Source of the DNA: Ophelia neglecta
Lineage: Eukaryota
Assembly: GCA_965285935.1 (NCBI GenBank)
Contig: OZ260661.1
Location: 87,792,001 to 87,856,000 of the forward strand
Reading direction: 5' to 3'
DNA length: 64,000 nucleotides
Shown: in pieces, positions 1 to 14,438 of the stretch
Layout: the number at the start of each line of letters is the position of its first letter
Position numbering within the stretch: position 1 is the first letter of the stretch
The notes under the pieces: model-generated
What the model was told of the DNA's origin: nothing
The model's input: the letters and a program-made list of their open reading frames with translations, nothing else
Databases searched by the model: none
Made by a program: the position numbers and the translations under genes

Positions 1-1000
1 CTGGGAGTATGAGAGAGGCTCTGTGAGTATGAGAGAGGCCCTGGGAGTATGAGAGAGGCCCTGGGAGTATGAGAGAGGCCCTAGGAGTATGAGAGAGGCT
101 CTGTGAGTATGAGAGAGGCTCTGTGAGTATGAGAGAGGCTCTGTGAGTACGAGAGAGGCCCTGGGAGTATGAGAGAGGCCCTGGGAGTATGAGAGAGGCT
201 CTGTGAGTATGAGAGAGGCCCTAGGAGTATGAGAGAGGCTCTGTGAGTATGAGAGAGGCTCTGTGAGTATGAGAGAGGCTCTGTGAGTATGAGAGAGGCC
301 CTAGGAGTATGAGAGAGGCTCTGTGAGTATGAGAGAGGCTCTGTGAGTATGAGAGAGGCCCTGGGAGTATGAGAGAGGCTCGGTGAGAACGAGAGACGCT
401 CTGTGAGTACGAGTGAGGCCCTGGGAGTATGAGAGAGGCTCGGTGAGAACGAGAGAGGCCCTGGGAGTATGAGAGAGGCTCTGTGAGTACGAGAGAGGCT
501 CTGTGAGTATGAGAGAGGCTCTGTGAGTATGAGAGAGGCCCTGGGAGTATGAGAGAGGCTCGGTGAGAACGAGAGAGGCCCTGGGAGTATGAGAGAGGCT
601 CTGTGAGTACGAGAGAGGCTCTGTGAGTATGAGAGAGGCTCTGTGAGTATGAGAGAGGCCCTGGGAGTATGAGAGAGGCTCGGTGAGAACGAGAGACGCT
701 CTGTGAGTACGAGTGAGGCCATGTAATTATGAGAGTATAAGAGAGGCCTCTGTGTATGACAAGGCCCTGTGAGTATGACCAAAGCCACACGAGTGTGAGA
801 GGGTGACCTGTGAGTATGAAAGAGGCCCTGTAAGTATTAGAGATGCCCCGGGAGTATTAGAGAGGCCCTGGGAGTACGAGAGAGGCCCGTGGGTATGAAA
901 GAAGCTCTATGACTATCAGAGATGCCCTGTAGATATGAGAGTGTGAAAGAGGCCGTGTGAGAATGAGAGTGGCCCGGTGCTTAAAAGAGAGGCCCTGTGA
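1..1000. repeat. 20-bp minisatellite (CTGTGAGTATGAGAGAGGCT / CTGGGAGTATGAGAGAGGCC variants), truncated by the window start and degenerating after ~720
   Basis: 36 near-perfect 20-bp units at 1-720, then diverged units to ~1000. The ORFs 81..788 and 221..790 are translations of the repeat. Confidence 0.97.
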
Positions 1001-4000
1001 ACATGGGATTGAACCTGTAGTATCAGTTTTGTGATTAATCAAGTAGATTCAATTGACTGGTCCCTGCTTTCATATTATTGACAAGGTGGTGTAGCTTAAA
1101 CTTCGACAGCTTGTGAGCATGCTGGGGTTTGTTAAGCAGGGTTGATAAATTATTTTTGACACATTGTTATAACTTTTATGGTTTTTCAAGGCTTGGTTTT
1201 TCTTCTGGGCAAACACATTACAAAAGCCTCGATAGGACAAGCATGTAAATAACTAGGAAAAATAAAAAGGAAAAGTACATGTATACTCTGAATGGATGCA
1301 TTTTAATCCACATTCACTATTTAATGGGTATTCACAGTAATACCATAATTTTCATGACCCCTCCCATCACGGGGCTTTCATGACACCCCCTATCAGAAGG
1401 GGTCGGTTTCCATGACCCCCCCCCCCCCTCCCTCTTAATCTGCCCCAAACAATCGGTAATTGAGAAGGAGATGCTATGAGATATTATATGCTTTTACGTA
1501 TATGTTATTTTGGGTATAGGTGCTGTGCACGGTGTACTGGATATTATTGAACAAAGATACATTTATTCCTAAATTAAATCTGTTCATACGTCTGTCTACA
1601 TCTCTGCTCTGACTTAGAAATAGATGTATATTTTTGGAACAAGAAAATGATTCTGCTCTACCATCACTGGAGGTTTCTCTGCTTTTCGATCTTTCGTTAG
1701 TTTGTGAGTGAAAATGTTTATAGACGGCCAGGTGGGCCCCGCGTTTCTCTCATAAATACCTGTCCTTCGCTTGGTTCAGGACTGCCAACTAGCCAATCCC
1801 AACTCGACTTGGGCTATAATGTACTCTGATAAACCCCACACCTGGGTACTGGATCTGGAGGGCGGCTCCTCTCTCTGTCATTTACATCAATGCCACCACT
1901 AAATATCTATATTACACACACTGAATAGTGCGGCCATCCTTGGCCTTTTCTTACCCTGGGTTAATGTCTCGTCTGTTAAATGATAAACACTTTTATCAGA
2001 TATATTGACACGATAAGATCAAATTATAAAATGATTAACTTCTCAATTGCCCTATCCGTATTGTAAGTTGAGATTGGGTGCTTGGACGTTGTCCATGAGT
2101 GATGATGGGTTTTTGTATGCCTGGTCACCTTCAGCCGGACCTTGCCTGTTTAGACTATTGCTACAGGCAGACAAGACTGGCCAAGTCAGGGACGCCGCAT
2201 CTTGACACAATCGGCGTGGTAATGTAGTCATCTCTGTGTTATAACGAAGTAATCAACACCCTAGGAGGCAGGTAAATATGAACATTCCCTGCGGCATGAT
2301 AAGCGAGTAAACAAATGTAACGACAACTGTTCAATGTTAATAGTTAACATTCTAAACAACATATTGCCACATGCAGTGGACAACATATCCTTAAGCTAAG
2401 GGTGGCCATTGTCCATTTAAGTTTTAAAAAACTTCATTTGTCATGTTTGTGCAATCCACCTGTAAGGTTAGTTGTTAAGAATGTAGAATTCACTTTTATT
2501 CTTAGCATGCTGCTGAATTGTAGGGCTTGGTAATTGTATCCCTCAAACTAGGTTAGCTGCATAACCCGATACCGTAGCGAATATCTACGCCTGGACTATA
2601 CCCCAATTTTCATGCTGTTTACACATAAAGGTCCATATTTTGGCATGTGTAGCGAGGATAACAGCTAATGCCATAGGGATTACAGGTAATTCGCCGTAAT
2701 ATAATACTGGAAGTTTTGGACAATTGTCGGTGTTGTGAAGGAATGTACAAGCCGTGGAGCTCGGGTGGACGATAGCAACATTTCAGGTTGTATTATTTAC
2801 CATTTGACCTTAGAAATTCTGTTTGTGTGTCACAGTCAGAATAGGTCTGGAGATAGATACATGTACCTATCTATGCTGGGCGGATAGGCCTACTGCCTGC
2901 ACCTTAAATGTTACTGCCATGCTAAAAGTAAGCGATCACAACCATGTTTCGAATATTTATATAGGCTTGTGTGATATGGAGGATTTGAACCTCAGTATAT
3001 ATATATATGGTAAAACGAACCGGTAAAACGTGATTACTATCTATTAAATGTCGTGGTTTACCTTGATGATTTTAGCATTTTAAGTAAGGACTAATGCCCC
3101 AGCAAGGATACGTGTTGGTGATGATAGATTGGTCATTTTTTGTTGTTTTGGTGACAACAAGTTATGACTTTAACAAAGCACCAGGCTGCGCTGTCATTTG
3201 TTCACTTTCGAAAGGTAAACGTCAATTTATTTGCCCTTAAGCTGGTCGTAACAGGATAACATTCAAGTTGTCCTCCTTGAACCTTTGAACTTCCGGCTCT
3301 TTTCCCGCCAAGGTGTCCATTACCATGCCTACCCTGCGTATTGTCAATATTTGGTTGACCCCTGGAGGAATAATCATTTATATCTGATCACTTCTTAATA
3401 AAGAAGCTTTTCTGCAGTTGCTCATTTGCATTTCCAGCCAAAATACCACATTCAAATGTACCTCGATGTCCATTCCACTACAGCTACTACCTTTATGGGC
3501 GATGCTAGTGGTACAATAGGGCAACTTGCTTGTAAGTCAACAGATCGGCCTCAAATGCAGCTGTCAGTTATCTCCGACTACTGTTAAACTTTACTTTTAA
3601 AGTTATTGTATTCATATTCATATTGAATCGAATAAAATCGGTTGTCATCTAAAGACAAGAGCCTTTCTATTAATAAACGCTCAAAGGTACACTTATGATG
3701 ATTCGACTTTATATCGAATCGGGGTCATAGGTTGTTGTTTTGAAGTTGGTTTGCCAGATACTCCTGGGCTAATCAAACTTGTATAGTACCATGAGTATTT
3801 GTACAGTCTACTTGTCGAGCTATCATTCTTGAGAGTTTATGAAGAATATATTGGCTCTTATATACTTCAGTGTATTAAAGCGGAGAAGTAGGACACCAGA
3901 TGTTGTAGGCATATTGTATACGGCTGTGTTTTACTTTGACAAACTTCTCGCATCCTCAGTACGTTCCCGTGGTGTCAACGTCTCTCTGCTGTATCGACAG

Positions 4001-7000
4001 CCAAAGGTAATATTTCACTTGATTGCCTTTATATAATGTGATATTGCCGAAGGCATTGCGGTAATGCAAATTAGTTGATTACTGTTGTTAGCTATGAAAA
4101 GGACACTTGAACTTAACACAGAGTCAGGACATCATTTAATGGTGGTTATAGTGCCGGCTTTCACCAAGTGCAGACAAGTATAATATTAGGCATGCGTACA
4201 CATTCGATCATTTTCATATTCTACATGGAAATCAAGTTTACTTGTAAAACAAACAAGTGTCCGGCTAAATAGATACATGTTCACGTATTCGATGTACGTA
4301 TTATAATGAAGAATCCTGTGTTGTTGTGAGCAAATGTATAGTTAGTGTAAACTATGTGTTTAAGTGCACGCAGATACTGATGACAGATGGTTTGTGAATC
4401 TCGATCACAGTGTCTTACTTTACTGATTTGAAGTACAGGAGGGAATCTGTTGTTAATATCTGGTACCTTATCTGTCCTCATGCACAACGTTATATTTCCA
4501 GTCATGCGATTGTCGGACTCTAGAATTGTAATACTTACAGTGCTTTTTTCATAATAAAAACCAACCCAAGATTGCATTTTACATATTGTTCTATCACGCT
4601 GTTCATTACAGAAGTAGGCATATATGTTTTCTGGCCTAAAAACATGTTTATACTACTTATCACTGCCCTTTATGAGTGTATGTTAAGATATTTTAAATAG
4701 GCGTTGTAGTGTATTTTTCTCAGTCTGTAGCTAAGCTTTTGAACTCATCTACAGTTCTCTGTGTTTCTTTAAATTGGTTCGATTCGTTTTGGATTATTTT
4801 GCGGGTTTTTTGTCCTAACGTACAGGGAAACCTGCCTTAAATCACTTCTGTATTCAGACAACCTGCCAATCTGAATACTGCTAATCTGAAGACCATGCTG
4901 TACACTTTCAATATAACATAACTTGACTAAACAGACCACCCCATTATAAGTATTTTCAAGTTCCTTGAGTGGTCTCAAATCACAGATTTCACTGTATTGT
5001 CCTATATTTATAAAGAGACCATATACGGGTCATCGGAATAATGTTTCGAGAAGTATTAGTTTATGATATTTTTGGGGCCAAATCGGTGTTATACATGATT
5101 TGTTGTTCATATTTATGAAAAAAGTAAGCATAATTGATATTCGATACGATACTAAGCTACTGCTTAACATATTTAGTTGGTTCTTGGCCTTATTTCAAAT
5201 ATATCATCCAGCTTTTAGAGTTCAAAAACGTTTATGGAAAAACATGGATGAAAATTATACACTATCGAGGGGTGATTTCCCAAACAGTCGTCTAGGGCAC
5301 TCTAAAAGCTATTAACAATCCTAATATTTCCGGAATATAAATATATCAGTTCATCTATGTTAGTGCCGAGGAGGAAAACAGCCGAAATTTCTTTTACGTC
5401 TTTTTGTGTGTCATGAAATGACCAAAAGGCGATGACACATAGTTTGAAGTCGATTTGCCCACACATTTAAACAAGAGTAATATAATAGATATAATTACCG
5501 CTACCTCTTTATCAGGTGTCATTAAGTGTATGAGTTTTAGAAATATGCAATCTTTTTGAAAAAGAACCCGCTAAAATATCAAATAAAGAGCGAGTCGCTA
5601 TAAATAAGCAGGTATCAGTTAAGAGAGTTGAGGAAAGAAACTAGCGGCAGGTAATACTTCACGATGATTGGGCAGGCTGAAAAGACCCCTGGAGATCTCC
5701 TCAGGTGAAAAGTGTCCGTTCAGAACCACGTCAGCCCACCATTATTCTAACAAGAGGAATTATAAAGGTTATATTACCAAGTGATAGAATATCTTTTCGG
5801 GTTGTTAGCAGCCCCATAGAGATAAAATGCATAAACAACTTCCATTCTTTGCATAAACCATCTAAAACTTACAATTCTGACAAGTCGTCCAACAACTAGT
5901 TTGTCAACAGGCACTCGGTGAAAGATGTTGTTTTTAGGATGTTTTGAACTACTTATCAATTTTACAGATGAAAACATAAACGTAATAGGAACAGCATGAG
6001 TCATGCTGCTGAGCCAGAGAGATTGTTTCAATATCGTTTTTAATATGGCCTGGACACGCGACAGCGAGGGAAGACTCGTATAGTGCCAGTACAGGAGAAC
6101 TTTGTCACAATGCTTGTCGGGTAAAAAAAAAACAAGTACAGGCAGTGTGCAAACTGATAAATGTACATGTTTCTCGCAAACGCTATTCGTTCTTCCACAA
6201 CACCAGCGCACTACAACACCAGCGCACTAAGTACACACGGTTATTTAATAATACAACAATTCGGACATTGGACTTAAACATTAAACATTTAAACAGCTAA
6301 ATTGCGACCTGAAATGTGAAAAAGATGACGGTATATGCCTATTGCCCTATTCATACATATTATAACATAACAAATTGTTGATTACCATTTAAGACGGTCG
6401 ATGAGCATGAATCTTAAAGGAAATACCTTAGAACCTAGAACAAGGCGTTTAGAAACGCAGATCCTCCACGTATTGAAACGGATGTTTGTCCGACAGTCCA
6501 CTCCTTTCAAATTCAATAAAAAAGTTAATTCTGAAATTCGATAAGTTACAAAAATATGGTTTAATCTAGGTTTTCAATGAAATGCTAGGCTGTTGCTGCT
6601 ACGATAAAGGCTGAATTCATCATTCCGGTAATTTGACCTTGAAAGACAAGTCAAATCTTAGTACTCAAAAAAATGCGAAAAACATCGTTTCCCAAAATTT
6701 TAAACTCATTCAATGTGAAAAATGACGTTTCGTATAGGTTCCTAATGTACTTCTCTGCTCTTACTGCTAAAATAAAGGTTGTAATCATAATTTGGGTTAT
6801 TTGACCTTGTAAATGAACACCAAAGGTCAAATCTGTGGGTGGTGGCAGGGGAGGACATGGCCTAATATTTATCCCCCTTGTTTTTTCCTCCGAAAAAGGG
6901 GGGGGGGGCAAAATGAGTCCTAAAACCAATGCTATTGGTAAACTTCAAAGGTATAAGTGTTATTACTGTGGGATATTTGCTGGTAAACTTTAATGTATTC

Positions 7001-8634
7001 TGTACACATTTGATGCATATATAAGTTTTTTTTTCGTACAAGGCCTACGTCTACGCTGTGGTGTTATAATTGCTTAATTTTTAATGTGACCACCTCTACA
7101 GACAGATAAAATGACCCCCCCCCCCCCCCCCCGCTCCGGACATTAACGATAAACACTCGCAAGAAAATAATAAAGGAAATTTTATGAATATGCAGTCATT
7201 TATATCTTATATTAACGAATGTAATGATGAACGTTATAAGTGAGAATTTGAAAGTACACTCCATTCATAAACCAGGTGTTATTTCTATCCTGCCAGGGCT
7301 GAGGACGTTGACAGTCGCCAGAACTTGGGAGAAAGCCACCTTTTACCAGATAAACAGCAGCTTGACAAACACTGCTTTGTTGCGTTGCTGCCTGGGTGAT
7401 AGGGTGCGTGGAGTACTTGTCATATCTGACAGTTACCCATCTCTAGGCCCCTATCCTATTAGCCGATCAGTGTCTCTGAGCCTGGGGACATCGCCCACGT
7501 TATTATCAATCACCATGCGCGATAATGAGACATAACATGTATGAATATAAGTTCTACTCTACAACGGATTTGAATAACTGATGATTTTTTATTTTCAGGA
7601 ATGTGGACTAAAAATCATCCCAGGTGTATCGTATGATCACAACAAAAGTCTGTCTATATTGATTCGGAGGAAATAAGGTCAGTTTGCATACAGGCCTATA
7701 GAGACAACGTCCTGAACATACCCTCGGTATCATCTGGTGATTTATACGAGCACCTTGGAAAGCTGTATTCGGAGAAGAGCCATTTAAACTGTTTCAGCTT
7801 CAAAAACCTCAAGTTGTTTTACATGTGCCACGATCTTAATGAAAAACATAGATGCAAAACGTCTGATTCGTATTCCGACATCTTAGTTTGCCACGGATGG
7901 GATCACCCAGGATTGTAGGCAAATAACAATAACCAATCTGTTGTGTATAAAATTCACCGACTCAGAAAAAGAAACAGACTTTGTGTCGTGAATTACCTTC
8001 CCAGTTGGAGCTACAAAAAGTGTTAAGTTTCTAACCGAAAGGTTGTCAATAGGTTTTCAGTCTCTGATAATACTTATACCGTCGACGCTATAACGTGCAG
8101 TTATAACCCGCCACTGATAGCTAGGGGAAGTGTTTTGTGAGCTCTGCTGCTGCAGTTAAACAGGCTATCATTAGAGTTTGTTGGCAGCGCAACAAATATT
8201 GAAGTGGCGCGAAGCTACGTATATTCAGGCTGTTGAAGTCCCAGCCTGGCTTAGTCGGTTAGTCGACACGACCGTAACTTTCTGGCCTAAGCGTAGTTCC
8301 CGGCTTAGGCCGCTTTCGCTTATTTATAATGTATGCCGATTTAATTCTGAGGTAGGCTCGACTTTTCCCTAGAAATGCCAAGGGGTATTTTTGCCACCGG
8401 TGAAGGCAGAGCTATTACAGACTCCGCAGTTTAAAGTAGGAGCGGCGGCCTTGGGTGATTACCTGTGATATGGACTATCTCCAACGGATTGTTCGAGACA
8501 CACATCTCCCTGGGACAGCGGGGGCGTCAGGGGTTCCAACAGTAATACTGAGCCGGCCAAGCAAAACACACTACGCCGTCAACTAGCTGCAGTAGTTTTC
8601 TCAGACCCACTTGCTGCCAGTGCCTCGCCCAATG

Positions 8635-8897
8635 CGGAATTGTTTACATATCCAAGGGAATCATAACAGACTTGGAGCTTGACCAGAGAACCTATGACTA
8701 GTGCCGCCTTGGATATTCGCTCGGTAATTTGCACAACACTATTCTAGAGTATTAAGCGCTTTCAATTCGGAATTGTTTACATATCCAAGGGAATCATAAC
8801 AGACTTGGAGCTTGACCAGAGAACCTATGACTAGTGCCGCCTTGGATATTCGCTCGGTAATTTGCACAACACTATTCTAGAGTATTAAGCGCTTTCA
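8635..8897. repeat. Perfect 130-bp tandem duplication
   Basis: CGGAATTGTTTACATATCC...AAGCGCTTTCA occurs at 8635-8764 and 8768-8897, separated by ATT. Confidence 0.95.
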
Positions 8898-11800
8898 GGT
8901 CCGCCATTGCAGAAGGCAATAAGCTGTGCAAGTATTTGAGTTTCAAGAATACCTAGTTTATTACCGGAAAAGTGGAGTGATCTCCAGGATTAAGTCGAGT
9001 GTTGTACTAGAAATAGAGCTGTTGGGGCATGGCCATTGACTCTTGAACGGAACTACTTATTCAAAATACGGATCTGTTGGTTTGGATTACTTTTCCGAGC
9101 GCATCTTCCCTGCGGAAACTGATGAACGCTCCTGCAGCTCAGCGGACTGTTCTGTCAATGTGGAATACATCGTTTCGACCCTGTAAGTACCGCCATGCAG
9201 TTATTAATATATACCAGCTAAAACTAGGTGGAACTATCACGTGTTAAACTCTGTAAACAGTTGTCATCTCTGACTTATGTAGCAACCAAACATTACTAGC
9301 CCAAATTGGAAAACACCTTATCACATATCATATACATCTGCGACGCAATTTGACCGTTGAAAGTGTACCTTATCAACTTTGACCTTATATATTTAGGCAA
9401 ATGGACTTCATGCTGTGGAACAGTATGAGGCTAAATTATTGATTATAGTAGTAAATGATATCAATATTGTGATAAACTTATTCAGACCACGCTTTGCACA
9501 CTTGACATGCAATTCCGCATTTCTCCAAACTTTCAAGTCACTTGTCAAATGTATATAATGGTCGGAAAGCTTACTGGGAGGTACCCATACACCAGCTAAC
9601 GTACGCTAAGTACTTTAATAGCTCATATCATATTCATAGTGTACATGATTCACTTCTGATAATCTCAAAAATATATGTTAATCAACCTGTGTAGGTAAGT
9701 AGTTCATTTATTTCATTCAGAGTGGTATTATTATACAAGCACAATCACTGATGGAGAGTGTTTTAATCAACAACAGATTAACTCTTGAATGCGATTATCC
9801 AAACGTCTTAACTCCCGATCCTGCTTTCAGTGGATAAACTGATATATAACAGCATATTATGGAAATGGTGAAATTCAAGGTAGTCACAACGTTATTCTGT
9901 TACTTTTCGTCTATAATAGCTAGAGAATAAATCCTACTGAATATCAAAACTGTAAACGTGATAGCGAACTGTTGTTTTTTTCTCTTGCTAAAAGTGGAAA
10001 TGCCTTGACGGGGTGTTTTCTCAGATTAGCCATATCTAGCGTCCTTTAGATTACTAATCCCATGCCATGTTGACATGTTGTAAACATGGCAGATAAGCCT
10101 GTTAGATGTATTGCGGTGGCAGTATTAATTACATGTAAACGTCCAAGTGACACCAGAAATAAGGCTGATGAGTTTTTAGTGCCACGTGTTCATCTGGTGG
10201 CATCCCTTTGAGACACCATGCCCAGATAGTGTACACTTGATAATATGCTTTGCAAGTCTTGTTAAGTACAGATATTGAAAAATCAGCAGTTCTTTTCTCG
10301 TCATATAGAGGCCATTGCATTTGAGGACACAGTTCAATTTGGTGAATTTTTTCCACGCTCGGTGTTGAGAGCTTTGCTGTCAATCCATCTGAATTGACAC
10401 ATACGGCTTCGACTATTGATAGAATTTTTTCTCGTAGGTCCTTGTTCAATCCCAATGTCTCACGGTTATGCCAAATATCACAAACAATATATTTCGCCTG
10501 GGCGCTGCCTATGAGTGATGCGGTAATATTCTCGAAACGTTCACTCAAATATGTAAATACGCATAGGTTTCAAGGTCATCGGAAATTTAGGTTTCCAGCA
10601 TGTCAAATTAATACGAAAATAAGCATAATACGGAAATAAACATGGGCAAACTCCAAAACCTTCAGTGCCAAAGTAAGCTTATTTCCCACAAAATATATTT
10701 AGACCTGGAATTTTGTTAACAGCAGTGGAGACTGGTGTTAGATGCCTCTGTTAACCTCTTAACTTGACGAGAAGTCCGACGGTACTCGTACATATATGTA
10801 TGCTGGGTGTGTATGGTGATTGGTAAGATTTTCAATTGTGGTCAACAAGTTGTGTCTTGGTTATTCTATCTGGACACTGGATCGTTTCTGATAATACAGA
10901 CGTGCGACGGTGTTTTCCTTAAGGCATTTTAAGTTTGATATTTTTACAACATTACATGTAAAAACAGGTGTATTAAATTTCATAAGCCTTCTATTCGCCT
11001 GAACAGATACAGTACAAACGGAACAATATATTCAAATTTGAGACTTTTTTTCACATTAGTGACAAATTCCCATATTTAATACGATGGATATGAGATTAGA
11101 AATATTCTACTCCCAAGATGTGCTCAATAAAACACTAACTGACGACTACTACTGCTGTTTCCTGTACGCTGTAAATGTAGTGTGACACTCCAGTAACCAT
11201 GTTAAGGAGCTAATGACCTTTCAGCCAATAGAGCGCACTACCATAATGAAAAGTGGTTAGAAGTTTGTCATCTTATTCTGACCAGATGGCAAGCTTTTTG
11301 AGATATTAATATGGACTAGACCCAGATGATCACTTGATGACTAATGATCTAGGCGTTATAAAATAGTTATGCTAAGCATTCATTAATCACAGTGTTTCAT
11401 TGAATATGGTAACGCTCATTACCATGATACGTAATGGCCATCATGGAAATGCAGTTAACGATTATATTTTCCATAATATATAACGTGCACTATCAAAGTT
11501 TTTAGTGTAAGGTGCATATAACGAACAGAAATCTCAATTCAATCATGGCTACACGGATTCTATTACGATTTAAATACGTTTCATTCCCTTGTTACCAATA
11601 CATGTATATCCACAATCACCTCGTTACCGACTATATGCTGCTCAAATCAGGCTTCTTTCATTCAGATATGTTATTCAGTTCAAGCGAACTCATATGACAC
11701 AAACATATATAAATACGAAGTACCCGTACCACTGCTGTCCTATGAGGTTGAACAAGGATGGCAGTTGAGGCCGTTTTTGTATAAAGCTAGCACGCGGTAC

Positions 11801-13756
11801 CATGATCGATGAATTACCGTGATTAACAATAGCATTTTTATAAAATAAATTGCCTCCCTTTGACTGGCGACCACGCACGAGCTTACCTTAAGATAAATCG
11901 ATATATCGGTAATCAAAATGCCATTAGTTAAGGATGAAAGCTCCCAATGGCGTGGGGCCTTCACAACCGAAAGTGATAAATCTCCTACAGTTATAAAGAG
12001 CAGCCCTCTGACTCAACAGCCTATTACAATTGTATATTTTTGTAAGTAGATGATTTTAAAGAGGCGGGCCGACCTTTGTGCTATCGAAGTGAGCAGTTGA
12101 CAGGTGAAGTTGAGTGTCCGATGGTTTGTCTAGGCACCAAGCTCTGATTTAGTTTTGGGACGCGCCGCTGGGGTGTTAACGTTGTGACCACGCAGATGCA
12201 AAGCGCACTAGTTAACTCCAACTCCAGAAGGGATGTCTTGCTGGAAAGGAATTTCCAGAGATGCTGGTGCAGTGTAAGCGGTAAACACACTGTTATTATA
12301 TGGAGTTTTACAAGGTTGCTGATCTGAGCCTGTGAGAGGTCACCCACAGGGGAAAATTTGTTATCAAAATAGGAAATGACCAATTTTCCAACCCGTCTGT
12401 TATATTTGGTCAAAGCGCAAAGGAATGGGGAGATAATGCAATTTACGAGGTAAAGGCTTAATTGTGAACACGAATCAGCTGAAATAGCCAATGTTTATCA
12501 GGTCAGTGTCATATTATCTCAGCACGAATGATGAAGTGCACAGATTGTGGCAGGGTCCAGGTTTTGGCCTCTATGAAAATATATAGTGTTGTACTGGACC
12601 ATAGAGCAGGCATTTAATGATAATATCAGATATCGATGGTCTAAATCCCCATTTTGGAGTGCCAGTCAACCGATTGTGTAATATGGCGGCCTAAACACAG
12701 AATTTGACGACAGAACGTTTTAGGTAAGTAGAGGGATAACCTTCAGCTGACTTCTAGAATAGTGTACGAGGTCAGACTTGCCAAGTCCTGGAGGTACAAC
12801 CGATTGTTGTTGACAAAATTGATAATTGTATGTAACCACGCTCTGTATACATAGACTGATAAAATAGATGGATTGTTTGTGAACACTTCATGTGTTAAAT
12901 TACCATACTTCCTACCGCGTTAGAAGTTTTACCTAGATCGGTTGTCATTAGCTAAATATTGGCAACAATTTAAAAAGGAAATCAATGTTTTTTATTATAA
13001 AACTATAGTTTGTGTATCTCAGGGGTGGTAAGATTGAGGTAAAAACAATCAGACTGTTGAAAAGTTATTCTGTGAGTAATAATTTATGTTTTGTCCCAGC
13101 ACTCATGTCAATGAATATATACCTTGAGTTTTAACCAGCAGCTAGAGTGATATAAGTGTGCCACTAAGTGGGACAGTGTCACAGTCCTGTGATATGTTAA
13201 CTTATTTGATCAGTGATAACATTTAGGCCACCTAGTTAAACTGATGACCTTCGTGTACATATTAATGTTATGGTGGTTTATGAGGTGTACAAGAAGCTCC
13301 CTTACATTTGATCTCAATGTCTTATAGGGGCAAAAACATAACCACAATAAAAAGTGCTTCTACTTTTTGTAACTTTGCTATACCAGCAACACTGGCAAGC
13401 ACAGCTTAAACATTGTTTAGCTCCGTGATAAAGCCTGTATGAATACTTGTACTCATGAATGGCGTTTAAAGTGGAAGCTGGAGCTAAACAAGCAATATTT
13501 TACAACAAATTGTTTTTACAGTTACAATAAATACTGGCATCAAATAGGCGATCTAGTGGATAGTCAGAGGCCTTTAAACCTTATAACCCATATCTGTATA
13601 TGTCAGAAATGTTCACTAGATATGATATTTCATGTTACACATAGGCCTACATACTATAGTCTTAGTTGTTTGCATTGAATGCAAATCGTATAGATGTGCT
13701 CTGGAAGTTTGACCATATGGACTGGAACAAGATGCCCAGTCCCCTTTTCTAGGCTA

Positions 13757-13898
13757 GACCAAGTCTGGACACACGATTCCATGTCCACTTTCCTTATATA
13801 TATATGTTCAGGCCCAGACTGGGCATACGAGTCCCGGTCCACATTCCTTATATATATGTTCAGGCCAAGACTGGGCATACGATTCCCAGTCTACTTTT
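13757..13898. repeat. Imperfect ~53-55-bp tandem repeat (~2.5-3 units)
   Basis: Recurrent CCAAG(A/T)CTGG..CA.ACGA.TCC...TCCAC.TTCCTTATATATATGTTCAGG units. Confidence 0.8.
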
Positions 13899-14412
13899 CT
13901 TGCGTTGGAATTGTGCAATGTTTTATGCACACCAGGATTATTAACCTGATTCAGCACCTGGTGTTCACCAAATAAGCTTCACAAAAATACATATGCTTGC
14001 TTGCTCAGTTTACGTAACACAATTTTGTTGACCACTCTGGTAAATCAGAATGGATGGGTCAAGAATTAACCTCGGGAGGTGTCTGTGCACACTTTTGTGT
14101 CATTTTTCACCGACATTGAACATTTGTTAGTTTTGTTTATCCCTTACCAATTAGTGTGATAGTGGTCAGCGCTCACTTTGAATTTCCTTTAAACTTGACA
14201 TTTAATGTACTGCTGAAGTTCTCCATGCCAATCCAAAAGTAAATAGTCGTACTAAACTTATAATAGAAAAAGTCAGTGGTAGGAATCGGTGCTTGTACTT
14301 CGACAGATAAAGTTAACACCAACTTCTTCCGTGAGGTGTTAATGAAATAAAATATCTTGCCAGAGAAAGAAATTTGGCTTGTAAAAAAAGTAGTTTGTCG
14401 AACACTATACCC

Positions 14413-14438
14413 ACACACACACACACACACGCACACGC
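14413..14438. repeat. (CA)n microsatellite
   Basis: CACACACACACACACACACGCACACG. Confidence 0.85.

Noticed and set aside
1-720. CRISPR-like regular repeat
   Set aside because: No unique spacers, head-to-tail units, eukaryotic context, no cas genes.
81-790. 235-aa and 189-aa repetitive ORFs on the - strand
   Set aside because: Translations of the 20-bp minisatellite; the unit is not a multiple of 3 and there is no supporting gene context.
10129-10548. 139-aa ORF on the - strand
   Set aside because: Non-ATG start, no recognisable motif and no phase-compatible exon partners.
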